A stretch of DNA of 64,000 nt from positions 106,059,548 through 106,123,547 of the forward strand of contig NC_057717.1 in NCBI RefSeq assembly GCF_004010195.1. The letters are read 5' to 3'. Position 1 is the first letter of the stretch. The number at the start of each line of letters is the position of its first letter. Under the pieces are notes generated by a model. It was given only the letters and a program-made list of their open reading frames with translations. It was not told the origin of the DNA and did not search any database. Positions 12,301-24,300 of the stretch are shown here, in pieces. The DNA comes from Chiloscyllium plagiosum (lineage: Eukaryota). The position numbers and the translations under genes were made by a program.

Positions 12301-15300
12301 TAGTTACAAAAGAAAAGCAGTCCCAGTTCAGTTAAGAGATTTCATTCAATTTATCCTTATTTTAAAATAATTATTATATTGAAATGGTGGAGGCTGGCAC
12401 AATTGCAACATTTAAAAAGCATTTGGATGGGTATATGAATAGGAAAGGTTTGGAGGGGTATGGGCTGAGTGCTGGCAGGTGGGACTAGATTGGGTTGAAA
12501 TATCTGGCTGGCATGGATGGGTTGGACCGAAGGGTCTGTTTCTATGCTGTACATCTCTATGACTCTATGCTGCATACTTTGCCAATGATCACTCCTGGTT
12601 TATATTCCCTTTAATATCTTCATTACGTTCCAATGTCTCTAACATTATTGTCTATTTCTATCCATTCATTGACCTTCTCTGGAAATGCTTCCCAGAAAGT
12701 GTTCCTGTCTCGCTGGGCATGAACTGAGAGCTACTGTCTGTCCTTCAGCATCTTGAATTCGCACTCACTGTTCAGGTGTGAGCCTAGATACTGAGAGTCA
12801 GGAGACACTTACTTTTAAATTAACCTGACCCGCCTCCAACATCTTACGGAGGGTCTCATACTCCTCTCTCCCCAGTGATGGGTCTCTCACACTCCACGTT
12901 CCCCCTGGGACAAGAATCTCACACCCCTCTCTCCCGAGGGGTGAGTCTCTCACACTCCTCTCTCTCCAGGGACAAGTCTCCCACATCCCTCTCTACCCCA
13001 GGGGTGAGGCTGTCACACTCCTCTCTCCCCCAGGGACAAGTCTCTCACACCCCTCTCTCCCGAGGGGTGAGTCTCTCACACTCCTCTCTCCCCCAGGGAC
13101 AAGTCTCCCACACCCCTCTCTACCCCAGGGGTGAGTCTCTCACAGTCCTCTCTCCCCCAGGGATGAGACTCGCACATCCCTCTCTACCCCAGGGGTGAGT
13201 CTCTGACACTCCTCTCTCCCCCAGGGATGAGTCTCTCACATCCCTCTCTACCCCGGGGATGTGTCTCTCACACTCCTCTCTCCCCAGGGATGAGACTCGC
13301 ACATCCCTCTCTCCCCAGGGACAAGTCTCTCACACTCCGCTCTCCCCAGGGACAAGTCTCTCACACTCCGCTCTCCCCAGGGACAAGTCTCTCACATCCC
13401 TCTCTCCCCCAGGGGTGAATCTCTCACATCCCTCTCTACCCCGGGAATGAGTCTTTTACACTCCTCTCACCTCAGGCGATGAATTTCTCACATCCCTCTC
13501 TCCCCAGGGACAAGTCTCTCACACTCCTCTCCCCCCAGGGGTGGGTCTCTCACACCCCTCTCTCCCCAGGGACAGGTCTCTCGCAGTCCTCTCTCCCCAG
13601 GGGATGAGTCTCTCACACTCTTCCGCCCCAGGGATGTGACTCTCACACTCCTCTCTCCCAGAGACAAGTCTCTCACACCCTCTCTCCCCAGGGGTGAGTC
13701 TCTCTCACTCCTCTCTGCCCAGGGACAAGTCTCTAACACTCCTCTCTCCCCAGGGGTGAGTCTCTCACACATCTCTCTCCCCAGAGATGTGTCTCTCACA
13801 CCCCTCTCTCCCTAGGGGATGAGTCTCTCACACCCCTCTCTCCCCAGGGACATCTCTCACACACTCCTCTCTCCCCCAGGGATGCTCCTCTCTCCCCAGG
13901 GATGTGTCTCTCACACCCCTCTCTTCCTCAGGGACAAGTCTCTCACACCCCTCTCTCCCCAGGGTATGAGTCTCTCACACCCCTCTCTCCCCTGGGACAA
14001 GTCTCTCACACCCCTCTCTCCCCAGGGTATGAGTCTCTCACACCCCTCTCTCCCCTGGGACAAGTCTCTCACACTCCCCTCTCCCCAGGTATGAGTCTCT
14101 CACACTCCCCTCTCCCCAGGGACTAGTCTCTCACACTCCTCTCTCCCCAGGTATGAGTCTCTCACACTCCTCTCTCCCCAGGGACGAGTCTCTCACACTC
14201 CTCTCTCCCCCAGAGACAAGTCTCTCACAGTCCTCTCTCCCCAGGGATGTGTCTCTCACACCCCTCTCTCCCTCAGGGACAAGTTCTTACCCCCCCCTCT
14301 CCCCCAGGGACAAGTCTCTCACACCCCTCTCTCCCCAGGGACAAGTCTCTCACACCCCTCTCTCCCTCAGGGACAAGTCTCTCACAGTCCTCTCTCCCCA
14401 GGGATGTGTCTCCCACACTCCTCTCTCCCCAGGGATGTGTCTCTCACACTCCTCTCTCCCTCAGGGACAAGACTCTCACACTCCTCTCTTCCTCAGGGAC
14501 AAGTCTCTCACATCCCTCTCTCCCCAGGGATGTGTCTCTCACACCCCTCTCTCCCTCAGGACAAGTCTCTCACACCCCTCTCTCCCCAGGGATGTGTCTC
14601 TCACACCCCTCTCTCCCTCAGGGACAAGTCTCTCCCACTCCTCTCTCCCCAGGGATGTGATGGGTACATTCTGACACAATATCAGTGCATGTGAGATGAT
14701 TTGTGGTTTAAACCAGCTCTCCTGGCACCAATAAATTATTGCTGAGGTCTTTATTTTGGACAGGATGTGAAACTGGGACAAGAACAGAAAGTCCTGGAAA
14801 AACTCAGCAGGCCTGGCCACATCTGCTGAGAGCAAAACAGAGTTAATGTTTCAAATCCAGTGATGCTTTGTCAGAATTGTGAAACTGGAATCTCACATCT
14901 CGATATCAATGTGGCAGAGATTCCCTATTTGAAGGGACTGAGAGGGGTGTTTCCTCGTCGTGCTCATATTCCTGGAAAAAACAATGACACCGCAGGGAGA
15001 TAACAATGCAAACATTGCTAGCCTGCCGTATAGAAGGGGTGACACATAGCTAACAGATTGAGACAGATTTAACTTAAAACTGAAACCTGTAAACAGACAG
15101 GGTGGAAATTTGTTTTCAAACACTAAGAAACACGATCACAGAGGATTAATTAGCCATACAAAGGATGTGGTCATTGTAAAAGGCATCAACTGGAGATTCA
15201 TCCAGTTTCACAAAGAAATGTAAAGTACTGTAATAGTTTGTAGTCATTGGATAAAGAAAATGCACATATCAACATGATTGCCAAATAAGTAACTGTGTAA

Positions 15301-18300
15301 ACCCATCGATGCTCAGACAGGCAGTTTGTCCAAGAACTGTCCTGTGCTTCCATTAAGTTACTGTCTTGTTCCATCTTTCAACCATCTCAATCGTTGATGT
15401 CACTGTAACACTACAGCAGCACTGAAACAGATTAGCTGGTTGTTTGTCACTGTGCTTTTTTGAGGGTCCTACCTGAGGATGCAGACGCAGGTCTTCGATC
15501 CTCCAGTCAGCCGGCAGAAGCCAAACCGTTGGTTTCCATTTAGATCTGTCAGCACGAAGGTGAACTGCTGGACCACTGAGCTCTCCCACACCCTGCCAAA
15601 CACAAACATGATTGACAGCTCATACAGTCAGTGGTGCTGGAAGAGCACAGCAATTCAGGCAGCATCCGAGGACAGGCAAAATCGACGTTTCGGGCAAAAG
15701 CCCTTCATCAGGAATAATTCCTGATGAAGGGCTTTTGCCCGAAACGTCGATTTTGCTGCTCCTCGGATGCTGCCTGAACTGCTGTGCTCTTCCAGCGCCA
15801 CTGATCCAGAATCTGGTTTCCAGCATCTGCAGTCATTGTTTTTACCTAGCTCATACAGTCAGTTCACATATGACCATCCAGATTCAGATTTGTAACCCAG
15901 TAATCAACTCAGCAGAGGACTTCATGCAGTCTATGCAAATATTACTTTATGCTCTCATTGCAAACTACCATTACATACACACTAAAGATCCACTCAATTG
16001 TCAACACATTTGGCCAGTTAGCTGGCAGATCAGGACACTCGCCATTGGGAGTTATATGGACACGCCTGATGACTGCTACAGCAAAATTAGTCTGTGTGTG
16101 CTTTGGACAAAGATAGGATGCCTGGGCTATAATGCCCCATCGTTAAATATCCTTCCAGTGTTCACAGTCAGTGTCTGTCAAGAGTGTGCTTTGGGTCCTG
16201 GTTTGGATATGAATAAAGAGTTTACCCAAAACGAATGACCCCAAAGGGGTGAATCAGCACTGGGTGAATGTGGCTCAAAGGATAATAACGACAATATTCT
16301 CCAACCTATGAACATCACTCAATGTCAGGGTCAACTTTATAACAGGACGGAAGCAAGACAAAAAGACAATAAAATTTAATCAGCCCTCACGAAAATAGTA
16401 CCTTAGTCTTAGTCATAGAAACAGCATTGTTTTTAACCCAGGGATGGGGAAAAAGAATTAACTTTAAGACATACACAATCCAGAGTCAAACTGTAATCTT
16501 GGTCCCAGTATGAGTGCCCTTTGCAGTAAACAAGTTATCTCACTAATACACTATCACAAACTGATGTTTAGCAATTACAGATGGAAATGTGTTGCTGGAA
16601 AAGCGCAGCAGGTCAGGCAGCATCTAGGGAACAGTAGAATCGACGTTTCGGGCATTAGCCCTTCTTCAGGAATGCCCGAAACGTCGATTCTACAGTTCCC
16701 TAGATGCTGCCTGACCTGCTGCGCTTTTCCAGCAACATATTTCCATCTCTGATCTCCAGCATCTGCAGACCTCACTTTCTCCGTTTAGCAATTACAGTAT
16801 GTTTTTAAAAAATGCAACCCCACTAATTCCCGGTCTTTTGCACACTTGATGTTGAATTAGCAGAACATGCAGAAAAACTCAGACTATCTTGTTATCTTGT
16901 TGGTATGTCGTTTCATAACATATTACACAGAGATTGCTGGCAGTGCTGTGGAAACAACCAGTTTTTCAAGTGCTCTATCAAACGTTGGAACATAGGACCA
17001 GAAGTGGGCCATTCAGCCCATTGAACCTGTTCTGTCATTTAGAACATAGAACATAGAACGTAGAAGAATACAGCGCAGTACAGGCCCTTCAGCCCTCGAT
17101 GTTGCGCCAATCCAAGCCCACCTAACCTACACTAGCCCACTATCCTCCATATGCCTATCCAATGCCCGCTTAAATGCCCATAATGAGGGAGAGTCCACCA
17201 CTGCTACTGGCAGGGCATTCCACGAACTCACGACTCGCTGAGTAAAGAACCTACCCCTAACATCTGTCCTATACCTACCACCCCTTAATTTAAAGCTATG
17301 CCCCCTCGTAATAGCTGACTCCATACGTGGAAAAAGATTCACACTGTCGATCCTATCTAAACCCCTAATCATCTTAATTCCTCTACCTATAAAAGCCAGT
17401 ACGCCATATGCCTTCCTCACCGCACTATTTACCTGGGTGGCAACTTTCAGAGATCTGTGTACATGGACACCAAGATCCCTCTGCTCATCCACACTACCAA
17501 GTATCCGACCATTAGCCCAGTACCCCATCTTTTTGTTATTCTTCCCAAAGTGAATCACCTCACACTTAGCTACATTGTATTCCATTTGCCACCTTTCTGC
17601 CCAGCTCTGCAGCTTCTCTATATCTTGCTGTAACCTGCCACATCCTTCCTCACTGTCAACAACTCCTCTGACTTTCGTATCATCCGCAAACTTGCTTACC
17701 CAACCTTCTAACCCCTCTTCCAGGTCATTTATAAAAATGACAAACAGCAATGGTCCCAAAACAGATCCTTGCGGAACACCGCTAGTGACGGCACTCCATG
17801 AAGAAACTTTGCCATCAACTACTACCCTCTGTCTTCTTCCATCCAGCCAATTCCTAATCCAAACCTCCAACTCACCCTCAATGCCATATCTCCGTATTTT
17901 CTGCAGTAGCCTACCATGGGGAACCTTATCAAACGCCTTACTAAAATCCATATATACCACCTCTACCGCTTTCCCCTCATCAACCTCCTTCGTCACCTTT
18001 TCAAAGAATTCAATAAGGTTTGTGAGGCACGACTTGCCCTTCACAAAACCATGCTGACTATCCTTGATCACATTATTCCTATCCAGATGTGCATAAATCC
18101 TATCCCTTACAATTCTCTCTAAGACTTTGCCCACAACAGAAGTGAGACTCACCGGCCTATAGTTACTAGGGTTATCCCTACTCCGCTTTTTGAACAAGGG
18201 GACCACATTTGCTATCCTCCAGTCTTCTGGGACTACTCCTGTAGACAAAGAGGACATAAAAATCAAGGCCAATGGCTCTGCAATCTCCTCCCTTGCTTGT

Positions 18301-21300
18301 CAGAGAATCCTAGGATAAATGCCATCAGGCCCAGGGGACTTATCTATTTTCACCTTTTCCAGGATTTCCAACACCTCTTCTCTACATACCTCAAAGCCAT
18401 CCATTCTACTTAATTGTGACTCAGTATTCACATTGACAATAATGTCCTGTTCCTGATTGAATACTGACGAAAAGTATTCATTCAGTGTCTCCCCAATCTC
18501 TTCCGCCTCAACACGCAACTTCCCACTACTATCCTTGACTGGACCTATTCCTACCCTAGTCATTCTTTTATTCCTAATCATTTAATATGATTATGATTGA
18601 TCAAACACTTCAATGATTTTTACCCACACTATCACCATAATTCTTTACACTATTGTAATCAGAAATCTATCAAACTCTACCTCAAAGACTGAGCTTCCAC
18701 AGCCCTAGTGGTACAGAATTCCAAACATTCTCAGTTTGTCTAAGGTAGGTGCAGAATAAAGCTTGTGTATCTAAACACCTGAAGCACACAAACTCTGTAA
18801 CACTATTGGCTTCCCAGTTCCCCCGCCACCAGCCCAATTGTGCTTGTCTTTTCTCAGATTGCCCTTTTATGAGTTTGATGTTACCAGAGCAGTTTCCAGC
18901 ATTGGAAATGATTATTCAGTTCATCCTGTCCATGGAGGATCTTTGCTACAGTCATTTGACATTATGCCCACATTCTGGTCCTCTTCCTAAAGCTCTGCAT
19001 CTTCCTTGGCATGAACTCTCCAGTAAATTCAGTAATGGCCCCAAGTCTCAGCCACTCCATGTAGTAAAGGATTCCAATAATAAAGAGCTGTTTCCTTCTT
19101 TCCTTAATGGGCGGCACGGTGGCACAGTGGTTAGCACTGCTGCCTCACAGCGCCAGAGACCCGGGTTCAATTCCCGACTCAGGCGACTGACTGTGTGGAG
19201 TTTGCACGTTCTCCCCGTGTCTGCGTGGGTTTCCTCTGGGTGCTCCGGTTTCCTCCCACAATCCAAAAAATGTGCGGGTCAGGTGAATTGGCCATGCTAA
19301 ATTGCCCGTAGTGTTAGGTTAAAGGGGTAAATGTAGGGGTATGGGTGTGTTGCGCTTCGGCGGGTCGGTGTGGACTTGTTGGGCCGAAGGGCCTGTTTCC
19401 ACACTGTAAGTAATCTAATCTAATCTAATCTCCCTCTCACACTCATTCTCCTCATGATAATATTAATTGTTGACCCTTGGGTTCGACATCTTCTGGTTGA
19501 ATAATAATCTCTAAAATTCTTTTGGAGTTAATTTAGTGAAAAAAGGAATATTTAAGAAAAACTTAAACACTGCTTTAACCTGTCACTGTGACTTGTGGTA
19601 TTGCACCCAACAGGAACTACTGAGGCCTAACGTTCAACTTGATTTCAATGAGGAACTGAAACTGACCTCAGACTAAGGAGGTTTAGGGACATGACATTTA
19701 GCCCCAGGGTTCAGTCTTACCTTTCCACATCGAAAGGAAAGCAGAATTTGGGCAGGCTCTGCAGAGATTCCTGTGAGAGAAAAGCAGGCATAGATTCATG
19801 TTTAAGAACTGCTGTCGGTAACATATCAGGTTAGTGTGTGTATGTGTCTGGGCCTCTGATAGCTCAGGTCATTGTGACACTGAGTCAAATATCCCTGGAT
19901 TTGATTCCTGGGCCCCACTCTAGCTTACTGACCACTGGTTTTGAAGGCTGCATGCATATTGTAGGATTTGACAATATGTGTACAATGGGGCATTGATCAC
20001 TTGGGCCAATGGACCAATGGGTCAAGGAGTTTAATTTAGATAAATGTGAGGTGCTGCATTTTGGTAAGGCAAACCAGGGCAGAACTTATACAGTTAATGG
20101 TAGGACCCTGGGGGGGCGGGGAGGGGGTGTTGCTGAACAAACAGACCTAGGGGTGCAGATTCATAGTCCCTACAAAGTGGAATTGAAAATAGACAGGGTG
20201 GTGAAGAAGGCATTTGGTATGCTTGCCTTTAGTGGTCAGAAGATTGAGTATAGGAGTTGGGATGTTAAGTTGCGGCTGTACTGGACATTGGTGAGGCCAC
20301 TTTTAGAATATTGCATACAACTCTGGTCGTCCATCTATAGGAACAATGTTGTTAAACTTGAAAGAGTGCAGAAAAGATTTACAAGGATGTTGCTGGGATT
20401 GGAGTGTTTCAGCTATAGGGAAGAGCTGAATAGGCTGGGGATTTTTTTCCTGGAGCATTGGAGGCTGAGGGATGACTTTATAGAGGTTTATAAAATCATG
20501 AGGACCCATGGATAGGGTAAATAGGCAAAGTCTTTTTCCTAAGGTGGGGGAACCCAAAAGTAGAGAATGTAGGTTTAAGGTGAGAGGGGAAAATTTTAAA
20601 AAGGACCTGTGGGGTAACCTTTTCATGTGGAGAGTGGTATGTGCCTGGAATGATGCTCCAGAGGAAGTAGTGGAAATACTTAAATTACAACATCTGAAAG
20701 GCATCTGGATGGGTACACAAATAGGAAGGGTTTAGAAGGATATGGGCCAAATGCTGGCAAATAGGACTCGATTAATTTAGGATATCTGGTTGGCGTGGAC
20801 AAATTGGACTGATGGATCTGTTTCCATGCTGTACAAATCTTTGACCCTATAACTGTGATGTCTTCACTTGTCACATAACCTGTTGACAATTCATGATGAG
20901 TTTTTAACTCATTCGAAACATGTCCACTTAGAGTTAAAGTTGGGCCTTTACTGCCTGGTTTCAAGATAAACGTGTGGATGAGTAAACTGAGGAAAACAAG
21001 GTGGAGGGATAAATGGATTAAACTAAAGAAGGTGAAGAATTCCCATTTAGCAACCATGTTGTAAAGGATTAGGAGATGGCACTGAGACAGCAGTCAGCCA
21101 GGCACTCTGATTAGCTGTTGTGTATTAGGACTCCCTCAGCAGTGTGCATATACGATAAAACAATTCACACACAAGATAACAAAACAGTATTATAATCAAT
21201 AAATACTTAACATGACCCATGAGAGCATAAGAAATAGGAACAGGAATGGGCAGTACAGCCCTGAGCTTGCTCCACTATTCAAAAGCTGAATCCATAGCTG

Positions 21301-24300
21301 ATCTCATCTTCCTCACATTCCTGCCCTTTCTGCATAACCCTTGATTCTGTGACTGATTAAGAATCTATCTAGCTCAGCCTTAAATATCCACAAGGACTCT
21401 GCTCCCAAAGCTCTATGTGGCAAAGACTCACAACCTTCTGAAGGAAGGACTCCTTCCTCATCTCAGTCTTAACTGGCGCCCCTTTTATTGAGACTGTGCT
21501 CTTTGGTTCCAGACTGTCCCATGAGGAAAAACATCCTCTCAGCATGTACCCTGTCAAGTCTCTTAAGAATTCAACAAGTTTCAATGAGATCATTTCTCAT
21601 TCTTCTAAACTCCAGTGGGTAGAGTCCCAACCTGTTCAGCCTTTGCTCATAAGACAATCCCTCCAAACCAGGATCATCCGAGTGAACCTTCTCTGAACTG
21701 CCTCCAATAAAATAATATCTTTTCTTAAATAAAAGAACCAAGACTGCTCACAGTACTCCAGATGTGGTCTCCCTAGCACCTTGTACAGTTGCAGTAAGAT
21801 TCTCCTACTCTTAAAATCTAACCTCCTTGAAATAAGGGCCAATATTCCATTATCTTTCCTCATTACCTGCTGCACCTACTAGCTTTCTATGTTTCATGTA
21901 CAACTACCCCCAGTTCCCTCTGTTTTGCAGCTTTTTGTAGTTTCTCTCCAGTAAATAATATTCTGTTCTTTGGTTCTCTTTTCCAAAATGAACAACTTCA
22001 CATGTTCCCATATTGTACTCCATTTGCCCACTCATTTAACCTGTAAATATCTTCCTGTAAACTGTTTGTATCCCTCACACATCCTGTCTTTCTACCTGTC
22101 CTTACGTTGTCTGCAAATTTGGCTACAGTACATTCACTTTCTTCCTCCAAGTCATTAATATATTATAACTAGTTGCAGTAGCAGCACTGATTCCTGTGGA
22201 ACCCCACTGGTCACGGGTTGCCAGCCTGAAAAAGAGTCCCTTATCCCCACTTGCTGCTTTCTGCCAATGAGCCAATTCTCTCTCCATGCCAATACACTCC
22301 TCCAAATACAACACATCTACTAGTTACCCTCTATTCACTCTGGTTGAGATTTCCTTGAAAATATGAATAAGTTAGTCCAATATGACTTCCCTTTCTTGAA
22401 TCCACACTGACTCTGCTTGACTGGATTATGATTTTCCAAATGTTCTGCGATAACTTCCTTAATAATTGATGCCAATACTTTTCTAACAATAGATGTTAGG
22501 CCCAAAACAATCTATTAAAACCTATTAGAGTTCATACTCCAAAGTAACTTACATCCTTTTAAACAGGAGCTCAGAATTAGTATGAAAGTTCAGCAGATAC
22601 CTGCACCCTGCTTCAGTTGGTGGTCTATCATCAACCAGTTCACTAATGAGTTAGTTTGATGCTAAAACTGCAAAGCACACAGTGAGAGAAAGGATGCCGC
22701 TTACCTGGTCATTGTAATCTTCAGGAAACTGCCTAAGCACTTCAGGGTCTGAAAGAGCAAGCCAAACAAACAGTCATCAGTCTCAGCACTCAAATTGTAC
22801 CCTGTATTCATGGTTACTCATGACATGTTGGGTCGTGTACTAATCTGCAAACTTTGCAGGAAGGTTTACTGCAAGAAAGTGAACTGGAAGTTCAGAGTCA
22901 GAGTCTGTTGAGCCTGTACTGAATTGATTTGGAAGAGCTAGAGTGGGGGGGGAGGGAGGGGGTTTAGCTTAGCTAAATACAGGAATTATGCTCAAGTTAC
23001 AGAGTTCCCACTGAGCTCATCACCAACTTTTGAAGGGTTGAAATTACCCACAGACATATAATCTCTTCAAAAAAGTTCTGCGATGTCTTCAGAATTGGTG
23101 CATGGCCTATATGCTGTCAGGGAACAAGGCAGCAAAGCAAGTTGAATAGTATAACCATGATGGACCAGGTGGCCTCCTTCCATCCTATATCATTCCAGTT
23201 CTGAGACTGATCTACAAGATGGAGTTTAGCAGATCCTTATTGGAGTAGCAATGATGCTGTCTAGTATAACTTCTGTGGAAACATCTCAACATAAAAAATG
23301 CTCACTAATCCCTCCATTAGGGCCTATTTGGAAGCTGTCCCTCTTCACTTGAGTTTGATAGTTGGAGAGTACATATAGATTGGCGGTAGGGTGCTTGGCT
23401 TTGTTAGTATTGATACCTGCCTAACAACATGTGGATGGCAAAAATACTAGTATTGATGTGAAATATGAGGCTGAGTGTCTCCAAATGGTTCCTTTAGGAA
23501 TCACAGATTACAATGATATGGATGTAGTACTGGATAGGAAACCCACAGGGTGAGGATTCAAATTCTACGTGTGAAATTGAATTCAACAATGCAGTCCAGT
23601 AACTCATCCAGTTGTGGGTTTTCCCACTAGCAGAGGACTTCAACATGTGTCAGTTGTCTGGCTTTCTTTAGCTGCCTTGATAACCTGATATTCTCACCCT
23701 GGACTCTGGCTGCCCAATATATTGCTCAACCAATCTCAACAGCCACTGCATCAGAGGTCAGATCAGTTTTCCTTCGTGTGAATCCAAGGAAAGTGATGGG
23801 ACCAGATGGAGTACCAGGCCATGCACTCAGAGCATGTGCAGATCAACTGGCAGAGGTCTTCTCAGACATCTTCAACCTCTCCCTGCAGCAGGCCTCTGTC
23901 TCTGCCTGTTTCAAGAGGCCAACATCATCCCTGTGCCTCAGAAGGCTCATGCAGCATGTCTCAATGACTACCGCCCAGTGGCCCTAACTTCGGTGGTCAT
24001 GAAGTGCTTTGAAAAGCTGATCATGGCATTAATCAACTCCAGCCTCCCCACTACTCTTGATCCACTTCACTTTGCCTATCTGACCATCAGATCCACGTCA
24101 GATGCCATGTCACTTGGCCTTCATTTCTCCCTAGAACATCTTGACACCAAGGACAGCTAAGGAACAATCTTACTCTTTGGCTACAGTGCAACCTTCAACA
24201 CTATTATCCCCTTAAGACTGATTATTAAACTTAGTGATCTCAGACTGAGCCCCACTCTCTGCAACTGGATCCTCAGTTTCCTGACCCACAGGCCACAATC

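Noticed and set aside
12850..14694. Ser/Pro/Leu-rich ORFs
   Set aside because: They are translations of the minisatellite in several frames, with no gene structure.
14893..15123. Additional DENND1 exon
   Set aside because: No family similarity, and exons 5 and 6 already join in frame with the expected sequence.
17127..18272. Functional or domesticated reverse transcriptase gene
   Set aside because: It is a 5'-truncated CR1 lacking the endonuclease and with an internal deletion; the open frame reflects youth.
19109..19185. tRNA gene
   Set aside because: The A and B boxes belong to a SINE head that continues into a V-domain and LINE-like tail.
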